From Candidatus Spongiisociaceae bacterium (lineage in GTDB: Bacteria; Actinomycetota; Acidimicrobiia; Spongiisociales; Spongiisociaceae): a stretch of DNA of 64,000 nucleotides. This document shows, one piece after another, positions 11,343-21,058 of the stretch; within the stretch, counting starts at the first letter, position 1, and the number at the start of each line of letters is the position of its first letter. The stretch covers positions 2,810,797 through 2,874,796 of the forward strand of contig OZ251535.1 of NCBI GenBank assembly GCA_965243165.1, given 5' to 3'. The notes below the pieces were generated by a model, which was not told the origin of the DNA, did no database searches, and saw only the letters and a list, made by a program, of their open reading frames with translations. The translations under genes were made by a program, and so were the position numbers.

Positions 11343-11709
11343 CTTCCCAGCGCTCCTTCCAACCGGCGGCGGCTCTCCCCGCCGGTCATCGGGATAGGGT
11401 AACCCCGTCGATCGGTTGCGCACCCCGCCGGCCGACTCTCCCTGACGGGGAACTGGACGGAGAAGCCCCCGAATCGGCGGCCAGGGAAAGATCAGCCCTC
11501 TTCCGAAACCGAGGAAGCCCACCGTCCCGGCCCAGGACAAACGGGCAACCTGCGTCCCCCGAGCCAAAGCCGCCGCCCCCCGCTCCCGCTGGAAACGCGG
11601 GCACCGTCTGCGGCGGCCTGGAGTGGGCAGAAGCAGGTAGATGCAGTTGCATATCTCAAGTTGTTCAGAAGATCAAGGCAACCCTGTCTGAAAGTGTTAT
11701 ATTCTGCTC

Positions 11710-12954
11710 ATGGATCCTGTCACCAATCCCTACAACGCTGGAGCGGGGGAACCGCCGCCCGCCTTGGTGGGAAGAGACCAGGAGCTGTCCGCATTCGACA
11801 TAGCCGTCAGGCGTCTGACGATCGGGCGATCTGCCAACAGCCAGTTGCTGTACGGATTGCGGGGAGTCGGCAAGACGGTCTTGTTGAAAGAGTTCACCAA
11901 GACCGCCGAGGATAACGGCTGGATATCCTCGTATGTCGAAATCTCCGCAAAAGCCTCCTCGAGCGTCTTTGCGGAGGTCATATACACCTCGATCCGTAAA
12001 TCGTTGGAGAGCCTGAGCGCCAAGCATGCTATCAGAAATCGGATCAAGAGAGCGGCGAAAGCGTTAAGGACGTTCAGCATCCGATATGGAGTTTCTCCCG
12101 CCGGGGACCAACAGATATCTTTGGAAATGGACCCCGCGCTTGGGCTGTCAGAGGGCATCGGAATCCTGGAAGTAGACCTGTCGGATCTGTTCATCGAAGT
12201 GGGCGAAGCCGCTCGCGAGGCCGGCGCAGGCGTGCTGCTCGCCATCGACGAGATGCACAACCTCCCCAGCGAAGACCTTACCGCTTTGATCATGGCCCTG
12301 CACCGTGTATGCCAGGAGCAGCTGCCTTTGATGGCGGCGGGGGCCGGGTTGCCTTCCCTGCCTGGCCTCGCCGGCGATGCCGTATCCTACGCCGAACGCC
12401 TATTCAAATATACACCTATCAATTCACTGCAGAAGGAGGACGCCCGGTTGGCGCTGACCCGCCCGGCGGATGAGCAGAACATCGCTTGGGAACCCGATGC
12501 CCTGGACGAGGTATTCCGTCTTACCAAGGGATACCCCTATTTTCTGCAGATGTTCGGCAAGCACGCCTGGAACATTTCCAACGGACCCGACCGGATCGGT
12601 CTAACCGACGTCGAGCAGGCCGCTCCAGAGGCTTTGGCGGAGCTCGACAACGGCTTCTTCAAAGCCCGGCTGGACCGCGTCAACGACAGCGGACGAGAAT
12701 TTCTCCGGGCCATGTCCAGTCTGGGGCCGGGGCCGGAATACAAATCGGGAGAAGTAACAGACCGGCTGGGCAAGACCCCCCAGGCTGCAGGGGCGACCCG
12801 CAAAGAGCTCATCGATCGGGGCCTCATCTACGACCCTCGGTGGGGGGTCTTGGCATTCACCGTTCCTATGCTCCACGAATACATTCAGCGGACGCTCGGC
12901 GCACCTGAAGGCCCTCCGAGCACCGCCCCGCCGACCTCGATGCTGATAGAGTAG
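11710..12954 (+). CDS. AAA+ ATP-binding protein with C-terminal winged helix
   Basis: NPYNAGAG.PPPALVGRD, Walker A GLRGVGKT, Walker B LLAIDEMH, GYPYFLQ; lower GC than flanks. Confidence 0.85.
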   Translation: MDPVTNPYNAGAGEPPPALVGRDQELSAFDIAVRRLTIGRSANSQLLYGLRGVGKTVLLKEFTKTAEDNGWISSYVEISAKASSSVFAEVIYTSIRKSLESLSAKHAIRNRIKRAAKALRTFSIRYGVSPAGDQQISLEMDPALGLSEGIGILEVDLSDLFIEVGEAAREAGAGVLLAIDEMHNLPSEDLTALIMALHRVCQEQLPLMAAGAGLPSLPGLAGDAVSYAERLFKYTPINSLQKEDARLALTRPADEQNIAWEPDALDEVFRLTKGYPYFLQMFGKHAWNISNGPDRIGLTDVEQAAPEALAELDNGFFKARLDRVNDSGREFLRAMSSLGPGPEYKSGEVTDRLGKTPQAAGATRKELIDRGLIYDPRWGVLAFTVPMLHEYIQRTLGAPEGPPSTAPPTSMLIE

Positions 12955-12958
12955 CCCC

Positions 12959-13513
12959 ATGAGCGAGTTCAAACAGGACCATTATTACGAAGAGGGGTCG
13001 GACGCCGGGGGCATACCCCCGGCCCAGGTAGAGGAGTTCCTGGCCGGCCCGGACAGCGCCTGGCTGCTGAAGCTGGCCTTCGTCAAGGCAGACGGATGGC
13101 CGATGGTGGTGCCGCTGTGGTATCAGTGGAACGGAAAGGCCTTCTACGTGGTGGGCCGCAAGCGCTCCGAGTGGGTGCATGACCTGGCGGCCAACCCGCA
13201 GTGCGCCGTCTGCATCGAAGAAACGGCCCATCCCCGCATCCGCAAGGTGCTGGCGCAATGCACCGCCGAGATCGTGGAAGGCCCGGCCAAGGGCGAAGGC
13301 TCGCAGTGGGTTCCCGTCGCCGAGGAGATGGCCGTCCGCTACACGGGCCCCGCCGGCCCCGAGCAGCTGAAAGCCTCCTGGGACTGGGACCGCTACCTGG
13401 TGAAGCTCACCCCCCGCGGCAAGCTGATCACCTGGCAGGGCGCCGACTGGGCGCTGCGTTATTTCGACCCCGGGCAGCGGCCCGACCTGGAGGCCAAGGC
13501 CGGCAGCCGGTGA
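12959..13513 (+). CDS. Pyridoxamine 5'-phosphate oxidase-like (split-barrel flavin/F420-binding) protein
   Basis: LAFVKADGWPMVVPLWY, DLAANPQCAVCI. Confidence 0.75.
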   Translation: MSEFKQDHYYEEGSDAGGIPPAQVEEFLAGPDSAWLLKLAFVKADGWPMVVPLWYQWNGKAFYVVGRKRSEWVHDLAANPQCAVCIEETAHPRIRKVLAQCTAEIVEGPAKGEGSQWVPVAEEMAVRYTGPAGPEQLKASWDWDRYLVKLTPRGKLITWQGADWALRYFDPGQRPDLEAKAGSR

Positions 13514-14679
13514 GGAACCCCGCCGCCCGGGCCGCGGGCCGACGCCGTTCTGAGATCCGGGTGCTGTTCGACGCGGCCGCCGCCGATCCGCAGGCCGTAC
13601 GGCTGGAAGTGGGCGAACCCAGCTTCAAAACCCCCGCTCACATCGTCGAGGCCGCGGCGGCCGCCGCCCGGGACGGATGGACCGGCTACGGCCCCAACGG
13701 CGGTCTGGCCGGGCTGAGGGAACTGCTGTCCGAGAAGATCCAACGGGTGGACGGCTTTTCCGCCCCGCCCGACCAGATCGTGGTGACCCCGGGCGGCATG
13801 AACGCCCTGTTCTCCACCTTCCTGGCGCTTATCGAACCGGGCAACGAGGTGCTGATCCCCACCCCCGGCTTCCCCAACATGGACGAGATGGTGCGCCTCC
13901 TGGGCGGGGTGCCGGTCTTCTATCCGCTGCAGGCGGAGGACGGATTCCTGCCCGACCCCGAACGCCTCGATTCCCTGGTTACCCCCCGCACCGCCCTGCT
14001 GTTCATCAACACCCCCTCCAACCCCGCCGGGGCGGTCTTCCCGGCCCGGCTGATGGAAGACCTGGTGGACCTATGCAATCGGCGCGATCTGTGGCTGTTG
14101 TCCGACGAGGTGTACGACCAGCTGCTGCTGGCGCCCGAGGCGGAGCACACCGCCGCCGCCCGCTTCGACGCCGACGGGCGGGTGATCACCGTCTACAGCT
14201 TCTCGAAGGTGTACGCCATGACCGGCTGGCGGGTGGGCTATGCGGCCGCCCCGCCCCCCGTGGCCGGCCTGCTGGCAAAACTGCAGGAGCCGATGGTGTC
14301 CTGCCCTTCCACCATCTCCCAGAAGGCGGCCGAGGCGGCGCTCACCGGTCCGCAGGAACCGATAGAAGCGATGGCGGAGGCCTACCGCCGCCGCCGGGCG
14401 CTGGCCTTGGAGTCCTGCAGGCGGGCCGGCCTGCGGGCGGTGGATCCGGCCGGCGCCATGTACATGCTGGTGGAGGCGGACCCCGGCGGGCGGACCATGC
14501 TGGACTTCTGCCTGGACCTGTTGGAAACCCGCCGCACCAGCGTTGCCCCGGGCTCGGTGTTCGGGCCGGGCGGGGAGGGGTACGTGAGGATATCCTTGGC
14601 CGCCGAAGAACTAGACTTGACCGAAGGCTTGGCCCGCCTGGGGGAGGCGGTCCGCTCCCCCGCCGTGGTTCAGGCCTGA
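13510..14679 (+). CDS. PLP-dependent class I/II aminotransferase
   Basis: GTGA overlap with upstream gene; GEPSF.TP, NTPSNPAG, SDEVY, SFSKVYAMTGWRVG. Confidence 0.92.
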   Translation: MRNPAARAAGRRRSEIRVLFDAAAADPQAVRLEVGEPSFKTPAHIVEAAAAAARDGWTGYGPNGGLAGLRELLSEKIQRVDGFSAPPDQIVVTPGGMNALFSTFLALIEPGNEVLIPTPGFPNMDEMVRLLGGVPVFYPLQAEDGFLPDPERLDSLVTPRTALLFINTPSNPAGAVFPARLMEDLVDLCNRRDLWLLSDEVYDQLLLAPEAEHTAAARFDADGRVITVYSFSKVYAMTGWRVGYAAAPPPVAGLLAKLQEPMVSCPSTISQKAAEAALTGPQEPIEAMAEAYRRRRALALESCRRAGLRAVDPAGAMYMLVEADPGGRTMLDFCLDLLETRRTSVAPGSVFGPGGEGYVRISLAAEELDLTEGLARLGEAVRSPAVVQA

Positions 14680-14694
14680 GCGGAGTTTGAAACG

Positions 14695-15372
14695 ATGACC
14701 GACGCAATCCCCCCCGCCGAGCTGGCCGCCCGTTGCCGGCGCATCTCCGTGTCGGTGATGTGCGACGCCTTGTACTCCATGGGCCTGCCCGAGCAGGTGC
14801 TCCCCTCCTGCCTGCGCCCCCTGTTCCCCGAACAGCGGATGGCGGGGCTTGCCTTCACCCTGAGGGGCGAACCCATCGATCCGCCCATCCCCTGGGAGCC
14901 GGGCATCGAGCGCATCGCCTCCTACCTGGAGATGTTCGAGCAGATCCACCCCCACAGCATCTTGGTGTCGGTCAACCCCAACAGCCATGTCGGCCATTTC
15001 GGAGAGCTGACCGGCAACTCCGCTCAGCACCGGGGGTGCGCCGGGGTGGTGCTGGACGGCAACCTGCGGGACACCGAAGGGCTGCGCGACATCGGCCTGC
15101 AGGTGTTCTACCGCGATCTGTCGCCCCTCAACGCCATCGGCCGTTGGGAGATGACCGCCCTGCAGGTTCCGGTGACCGTCGGCGGGGTCGTCATCCACCC
15201 GGGCGATCTGATCGTCGGCGACTTCGACGGGGTGTTGGCGGTGCCGGCCGCCTCGGCCGAGCAGGCGCTGATCCGGGCCGAGGAGATCACCGAGGCGGAG
15301 GGCCGGGTGCGCGTGGATATGCGGGCCGGGCTGACCCCGATGGACGGCCTGGCCAAACACGGACACATCTGA
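14695..15372 (+). CDS. RraA-like / HMG aldolase family protein
   Basis: CDAL, FGELTG, GVVLDGNLRD, IHPGDLIVGDFDGV. Confidence 0.85.
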   Translation: MTDAIPPAELAARCRRISVSVMCDALYSMGLPEQVLPSCLRPLFPEQRMAGLAFTLRGEPIDPPIPWEPGIERIASYLEMFEQIHPHSILVSVNPNSHVGHFGELTGNSAQHRGCAGVVLDGNLRDTEGLRDIGLQVFYRDLSPLNAIGRWEMTALQVPVTVGGVVIHPGDLIVGDFDGVLAVPAASAEQALIRAEEITEAEGRVRVDMRAGLTPMDGLAKHGHI

Positions 15373-15379
15373 GGCGGCC

Positions 15380-15619
15380 GTGAGCAGCGCAGCGACCCTG
15401 GCGGTGCCCCACATGGGGGTGGTGGAAGAGGTGGTGGTGCTCGAGTGGCTGGCGGCGGACGGCGAGGCGGTAACCGCCGGGCAGGAAGTAGTGGTCGTGG
15501 AAACCGAAAAAGCAGAGGTGACGCTGGAGGCCCCCGCTTCGGGGGCGCTGCGGATAAAGGCGCCCGCCTCGGACTTGGAGATACCGGTGGGCGCCGTCTT
15601 GGCTGTGATCGAGGGATGA
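15380..15619 (+). CDS. Stand-alone lipoyl carrier domain
   Basis: EWLAADGEAV..GQ.VVVVETEKAEVTLEAPASG lipoyl-lysine motif. Confidence 0.88.
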   Translation: MSSAATLAVPHMGVVEEVVVLEWLAADGEAVTAGQEVVVVETEKAEVTLEAPASGALRIKAPASDLEIPVGAVLAVIEG

Positions 15620-16365
15620 CCGGACCCTTCTCGCTGGCCGGACGGACGGCGCTGGTGACCGGAGCGGCCCGCGGGCTGGGCAGGGCGTCCGCCCTCGCCC
15701 TGGCCGAAGCCGGGGCGCAGGTGGCGTGCGCCGACCTCGACGAAGAAGGCTGCCGAGACGCGGCCCGGCTGGCGGGGGGCGCCGCCTTCCCCTTGGACGT
15801 GACCGATTCCAAGCAGGCGGAAGAGACCGCAGACAGGACGGAGGAGCGGTACGGCGGGATCGACATCCTGGTCAACAGCGCCGGGATCGCCGGGCGCGGA
15901 GAGGCCGTCTCCCACGACGAGCAGGCCTTCGACCGGCTGCTGGAGGTGAATCTGAAAGGCACCTTTCTGATGTGCCGGGCGGCGGGGAGGCGGATGGCGG
16001 AGGCCGGGTCCGGTTCCATCGTCAACATCGCCTCCATCGTCGGCCTGGTCGGTTTTCCGGGCAGCGCGGGTTACCAGTCTTCCAAGGGAGGGGTGGTGCA
16101 GCTGACCCGCACCCTGGCGGTGGAATGGGCGCCCTGCGGAGTGCGGGTGAACGCGGTGGCCCCGGGGCAGGTCGGCACCGAGATGGTGCTGAAAATCTGG
16201 GAAACCGAACCTCAGGTGAAGGAACAATTCACTTCCCGCACCCCGATGGGGCGGCTGTGCAGCCCGGACGACATCGCCTGGCCGGTGGTGTTCCTGGCCG
16301 GGGACGGCGCCGCCATGATCACCGGCCAGATCCTGGCGGTGGACGGCGGATACACCGCCCAATGA
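15616..16365 (+). CDS. SDR family oxidoreductase
   Basis: ATGA overlap; TGAARGLG, NSAG, YQSSK. Confidence 0.9.
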   Translation: MTGPFSLAGRTALVTGAARGLGRASALALAEAGAQVACADLDEEGCRDAARLAGGAAFPLDVTDSKQAEETADRTEERYGGIDILVNSAGIAGRGEAVSHDEQAFDRLLEVNLKGTFLMCRAAGRRMAEAGSGSIVNIASIVGLVGFPGSAGYQSSKGGVVQLTRTLAVEWAPCGVRVNAVAPGQVGTEMVLKIWETEPQVKEQFTSRTPMGRLCSPDDIAWPVVFLAGDGAAMITGQILAVDGGYTAQ

Positions 16366-16393
16366 GCAGCCCGGCAGACCGGGAGACCGGCCG

Positions 16394-17362
16394 ATGAACA
16401 TGGACCGCGCCGCCGCCCTCGGCGTCCACCGCACCATGGTGCGCATCCGGGTGTTCGAGAGCCGGGTGGCGGAGCTGTTCGCAGAGGGCAAACTGCCGGG
16501 CTTCGTCCACACCTACATAGGGCAGGAGGCGGTGGCGGCGGGGGTGTGCGCCCGCCTGCGGCCCGACGACTTCATCACCTCCACCCACCGCGGCCACGGG
16601 CACGCCTTGGCCAAGGGGATGGCGATGGACTCCCTGATGGCCGAGCTGTACGGCAAGCTGACCGGCGCCTGCCGGGGGCGGGGAGGCTCCATGCATGTGG
16701 CCGATTTCTCGCTGGGAATGCTGGGGGCGAACGGAATCGTGGGGGGCGGGCTGGGCATTGCAGCCGGGGCGGCGCTGTCGGCCCGCCTGCGCGGCTCCGG
16801 CCAGGCGGCGGCGGCCTTCTTCGGGGACGGCGGCATCAACAAGGGCTCCTTCCATGAGGCGCTCAACTTCGCCGCCGCCCACCGGCTGGGGGTGGTGTAC
16901 GTGTGCGAGAACAACCAGTACGCCCAGTTCACCCACCGCAGCCGCACCACCGCTGTGGACGACCTGTCGGTGCGGGCGGCCGCCTACGGCATCCCCGGGC
17001 AGACGGTGGACGGCAACGACGCAGAGGCGGTGTACGAGGCGGCGGGGGAAGCGGCGGCGCGGGCCCGCGCCGGCGGCGGCCCTTCCCTGCTGTGCATGGA
17101 CACCTACCGCTTCGACGGCCATTACGTGGGCGACGCCGAGCTCTACCGGGCGAAGGAGGAGGTGGAGGAACAGCGCCGCCGCGACCCGATCGAACGCTTC
17201 GAGGGCCGGCTGGCCGAACTCGGCCGGCTGACCGAACAGGAGCGCCGGGGAGTGTGGAAGGCGGCCCGGGAGGAAACGGCGGCGGCCGAGCGCTTCGCCG
17301 AGGACAGCCCATGGCCGGACGGCGCCGACGCCTTGGATGCGGTGTTCACGGAGGAGCGGTAG
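16394..17362 (+). CDS. TPP-dependent dehydrogenase E1 alpha subunit (acetoin/pyruvate DH-like)
   Basis: GFVHTYIGQEA, STHRGHGH, GRGGSMH, FFGDG..ENNQY. Confidence 0.93.
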   Translation: MNMDRAAALGVHRTMVRIRVFESRVAELFAEGKLPGFVHTYIGQEAVAAGVCARLRPDDFITSTHRGHGHALAKGMAMDSLMAELYGKLTGACRGRGGSMHVADFSLGMLGANGIVGGGLGIAAGAALSARLRGSGQAAAAFFGDGGINKGSFHEALNFAAAHRLGVVYVCENNQYAQFTHRSRTTAVDDLSVRAAAYGIPGQTVDGNDAEAVYEAAGEAAARARAGGGPSLLCMDTYRFDGHYVGDAELYRAKEEVEEQRRRDPIERFEGRLAELGRLTEQERRGVWKAAREETAAAERFAEDSPWPDGADALDAVFTEER

Positions 17363-17368
17363 ACGCGG

Positions 17369-18355
17369 ATGGAACAGCAGATGCAGCGGATGAGCTTTGG
17401 ACAGGCCACCGTGGACGCCATGCGCTGGGCCATGCGGGAGGACGAGCGGGTGATCGCGCTGGGCGAGGACATCAGCTGGGGCGGCAACTTCGGGCAGTTC
17501 CGCGGGTTGGTCGAAGAGTTCGGGCCGTCCCGGGTGATCGACATGCCCATCTCGGAGGCGTTGATCATGGCGGCGGCGGTGGGGGCGGCGGTTACGGGGA
17601 TGCGCCCGGTGGCGTCTATGAGCTTCGTGGAGTTCACCCTGGGAGCGATGGACGAGATCGTCAACCAGGCCGCCAAGTTCCGCTACATGTTCGGCGGCCA
17701 GGTGTCCGTTCCGCTGGTGCTCAGAGCCTCCGACGGGGTGCTGCGTTCGTCGGCCGCCCAGCATTCTTCCAGCCTGGAAGGAATGTTCACCCACATGCCG
17801 GGGCTGAAGGTGGCCGCCCCCTCCAACCCGGCCGACGCCAAGGGGCTGCTGCGGGCGGCCATAGCCGACCCTGACCCGGTGGTCTACCTGGAGAACAAGA
17901 AGATAACCGCCCGGCGGGGCCCGGTCCCGGCGGAGGATTACTCGACGCCTCTGGGCGAGGCGGCGGTGCGGCGGGAGGGGTCGGATGCAACCATCGTCTC
18001 CTACTCGGTGATGGCCCTCCACGCCGCCCGCGCCTGCAGCCGGCTGGCGGAGGAGGGCATCGAGGCCGAGCTGATCGACCTGCGCACCCTGGCGCCCCTG
18101 GACATGGAAACGGTGCTGGCCTCGGTCCGCAAGACCCGCCGGGTGGTGATCGCACATGAAGCCTGGAAGTTCGGCGGCTTCGGCGCCGAACTGGCCGCCT
18201 CGATCACCGCCCGGTCCTGGGCCGACCTCGAGGCGCCCCCGGCCCGGGTGGGCGCCGCCTCCGCTCCCATCCCCTTCAGCCCCCCTCTGGAAAAAGCGGT
18301 GGTCCCCGGCCCCGGCCGGATAGCCGCCGCCGTCCGCCGCCTGCTGGCCTGCTGA
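17369..18355 (+). CDS. TPP-dependent dehydrogenase E1 beta subunit
   Basis: GEDI, RVIDMPISE, AAQHS, IDLRTLAPLD. Confidence 0.93.
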   Translation: MEQQMQRMSFGQATVDAMRWAMREDERVIALGEDISWGGNFGQFRGLVEEFGPSRVIDMPISEALIMAAAVGAAVTGMRPVASMSFVEFTLGAMDEIVNQAAKFRYMFGGQVSVPLVLRASDGVLRSSAAQHSSSLEGMFTHMPGLKVAAPSNPADAKGLLRAAIADPDPVVYLENKKITARRGPVPAEDYSTPLGEAAVRREGSDATIVSYSVMALHAARACSRLAEEGIEAELIDLRTLAPLDMETVLASVRKTRRVVIAHEAWKFGGFGAELAASITARSWADLEAPPARVGAASAPIPFSPPLEKAVVPGPGRIAAAVRRLLAC

Positions 18356-18380
18356 CCGCCCCGCCGACGCGGCCAGACGG

Positions 18381-19736
18381 CTATCCGGCGGGGATTCCTC
18401 CGACGGGTTCGTGGCGGCATCCTCGGGAAATGGGGCGGGCCGGTTCGGGAAGCTCCACGTCGATGAGGGAAACTTCGTTCTCTCGGATCTGGACTAAATG
18501 GCGGCCGTCGCCCACCGGGCTCACTGCAACCAGGTCGTCGGCTTCCCCGATGTCCATCGGGCGGAGGGGGGAGTGCTCACCGGTTTCGAGATCCCAGAGG
18601 ACGGTCTGAGCGGGGTTGCGGTCGGCCAGATAGAGGACCGATTGGTCGTCGTACCATCCGGTCACAACGAAGTTGCGGTAGAAGTCCCTGATGCCGGGCG
18701 GCCCCACCACTCCTTCGCCCTGCTCGTCTATCAGGTAGTAGCTCCACACGCCCGACTGGGAGTTGCCGGGGCCGCGCTCTACCAGGGTTATCAAAGCTCG
18801 ATCACCGGAGGGGCTGCGGTATCCCTGCACCGCCGCCAAGGGGGCGTCGGTGTCCGACAACCCCAAGAGCCTGACCCAAGCCACCGACCGCTCCGCCGTA
18901 TCCACTGCTATCAGAGCGGTCACGCCGCCGCCGGTTCCGGTCGACACCTCGCCGCCCGCCACCACCAAATCCCCCACCGAGGTGAGGGCGGCCTCGAAAC
19001 TGGACACCAGCACCTCGATCCGGCCGGCCGGCAGGTCGAGCGTCACCGGCCCCGGATCGATGGAGACGGCGCCGCCGCCCCCCACTTTCACCAACGACAG
19101 CGGATCGGCCGCCGCCGCGGCGTAGAGATCAGAACCGAGGGCGGCCATCTGGTCGGCCGGAACCCCTGGATACGGAGACCAGGAAGCGGCCAGGGGTCCG
19201 TGCAGGTAGATCCGCCCGTCGAGGATCACCGGCCGGCTGAAGGGGTCGGCGCCGCCCAGTTCCGCCGGAAGTCCGGACGGGGGCTCCGCCGCCAGCTTGG
19301 TCTCGGGGATGACGCCGAGCACCGCCCGGTCAGGCTCACCGGACACCGGGGTGAGCACCAAGTCTACGGAGAACGGCTCCCCCAACCGGTCGCCGCCGAT
19401 GGTGATCCCGCCCCCCGCCGGACGGTCGGCCAGCTCGCGCAGCAGCATCTCCCTGGAGCTGACCGCCGCCCCGTCGACCGAAGTGATGACGTCGCCCGCC
19501 CGGAGCTCCCCGTAGGCGGCTGTTCCTTCCAACACCTGCAGCACCCTCACTCCGCCCCCCACCGCCAGCAGGCAGCCGCTCTGGGCGGAGAATATCGAGT
19601 CGGGGTCGACCGTGTTGACCCAGTCGGGGACGATCTCGTCGGGGATCTCGAAAGCGGGCGGCTCGGGAGGCGGCTGCGAACAGGCCGCCGCCGCAGACAG
19701 GAGGACCGAGCAGACCAGGCTCGCACTGCGTTTCAT
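18381..19736 (-). CDS. PDZ-domain lipoprotein
   Basis: Lipobox SAAAAC; VLQVLEGTAAYGELRAGDVITSVDG PDZ signature. Confidence 0.7.
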   Translation of the reverse strand: MKRSASLVCSVLLSAAAACSQPPPEPPAFEIPDEIVPDWVNTVDPDSIFSAQSGCLLAVGGGVRVLQVLEGTAAYGELRAGDVITSVDGAAVSSREMLLRELADRPAGGGITIGGDRLGEPFSVDLVLTPVSGEPDRAVLGVIPETKLAAEPPSGLPAELGGADPFSRPVILDGRIYLHGPLAASWSPYPGVPADQMAALGSDLYAAAAADPLSLVKVGGGGAVSIDPGPVTLDLPAGRIEVLVSSFEAALTSVGDLVVAGGEVSTGTGGGVTALIAVDTAERSVAWVRLLGLSDTDAPLAAVQGYRSPSGDRALITLVERGPGNSQSGVWSYYLIDEQGEGVVGPPGIRDFYRNFVVTGWYDDQSVLYLADRNPAQTVLWDLETGEHSPLRPMDIGEADDLVAVSPVGDGRHLVQIRENEVSLIDVELPEPARPISRGCRHEPVGGIPAG

Positions 19737-19869
19737 CAGGCCCCTGATGCTACCGCCCGCCGCTCCCTACCGGCCCCGCCCTCAGCCCCGAACCGGCGCC
19801 TCCCGCCTCTGACCAGACGGCTGCTCCGCCGGGCCGCCCGCCCGCCCGCCTTTGCGAACGATCAGGGTT

Positions 19870-20763
19870 ATGCTCATAGGCGTGTTGGCGGTCATCTCCT
19901 ACCCTCCGATCCCGATCTTCGAAATCGGCCCCCTGCGCCTGTCCCTTCACGGAGTCTTCGCAGGAGTGGGGTTCTTGGTCGGCGCCTACTACGGGACCCG
20001 CAAGTACGCCGCCCGGGGATTCGACGGGGCCAAGTACCAGTCCGTCCTGACCTGGGCCTTGATCGGGGCGTTGCTGGGCGCCCGCTGGCTGACCCTCCCC
20101 GCCTACTGGGTAGAGAACGGATTCGACATCAGGGAGATGATCAACCTCGGCGGCAACTGGTCGATCCTGGGCGGGTTCGCCGGAGGAATCGGGGCGGGGG
20201 TATGGCAGGTGCGGCGGCTGGGCCTCAGGGTGTGGCCCGCTCTCGACGCGGCGGCCTTCGGGCTGGCGCTGGGGACGGTGGTGGGGAGGATCGGCGACCT
20301 GGCCATCGTCGAGCACCTCGGCGGCCCGACCCGCTTCTTCCTCGGCTACGGACTCCGCCCCGGATACGACGCAGCACCCCAGCACGACCGCCTGGAATGC
20401 GTTGTGCCGGAGGTCGGCGAGTACTGCGGCGTCTACCACCACGCCGCCCTCTACGACATGCTGGGGGCGGCCGTGTTGCTCGGTTTCCTCTACTGGATCT
20501 ACCAACGCTCCCGGCTGTCGCTCCGCTACGGGCAGCTCTTCACGGTGTGGATGGCTTGGTACGGGTTCCAGCGCTTTTTCATCGACTTCACCCGGCTGGC
20601 CCTGCCGGTCAACCCCGACAGCACCCTCGGCCCCCTCACCTGGAGCCAATGGAGCGGTCTGGCGGCGGGCCTGGCCGGCGCCGCGGCCTTCCTGTATCTG
20701 GGCAAACGCAACCCGGTGATAACCCCCGAAAACGACCAGCTCCACGGAGCGTCGATCCTATAA
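19870..20763 (+). CDS. lgt: Prolipoprotein diacylglyceryl transferase
   Basis: IGPLRLSLHG, GALLGAR, GRIGD, ALYD, RFFIDFTR; multiple TM segments. Confidence 0.88.
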   Translation: MLIGVLAVISYPPIPIFEIGPLRLSLHGVFAGVGFLVGAYYGTRKYAARGFDGAKYQSVLTWALIGALLGARWLTLPAYWVENGFDIREMINLGGNWSILGGFAGGIGAGVWQVRRLGLRVWPALDAAAFGLALGTVVGRIGDLAIVEHLGGPTRFFLGYGLRPGYDAAPQHDRLECVVPEVGEYCGVYHHAALYDMLGAAVLLGFLYWIYQRSRLSLRYGQLFTVWMAWYGFQRFFIDFTRLALPVNPDSTLGPLTWSQWSGLAAGLAGAAAFLYLGKRNPVITPENDQLHGASIL

Positions 20764-21058
20764 GAGCCACAAATCAAAGTAAGGCGCTGGCCCCGGAACG
20801 ATCCCAGTCAACCGTTGGTAGGTCTGGATCGCCTGCCGTTCTGTCATCCCTGCCAATAGGTCCGCCGCCAGCCGCGGATACCCGTCACCGCTTTCGAGTC
20901 GATCCTGTGTCGCCTGCGGCAGCAGAGCCCGGTTGCGCTTCCCCTCTAGGGCTTCCATAAAAATGCAGAATAGCTTTCGCAGCAGCTCCCGTTGGCCTTC
21001 TCGAACGCTTACAATCCTAGGATTATCAATCACATAATATTTAGTGGCAGCCTTTAAC

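Noticed and set aside
11343-11360. Canonical SAH riboswitch (GGAGCGCTG seen)
   Set aside because: The motif coincides with the RBS, and the CCAGGCTC and CGGCGCTC elements are not present.
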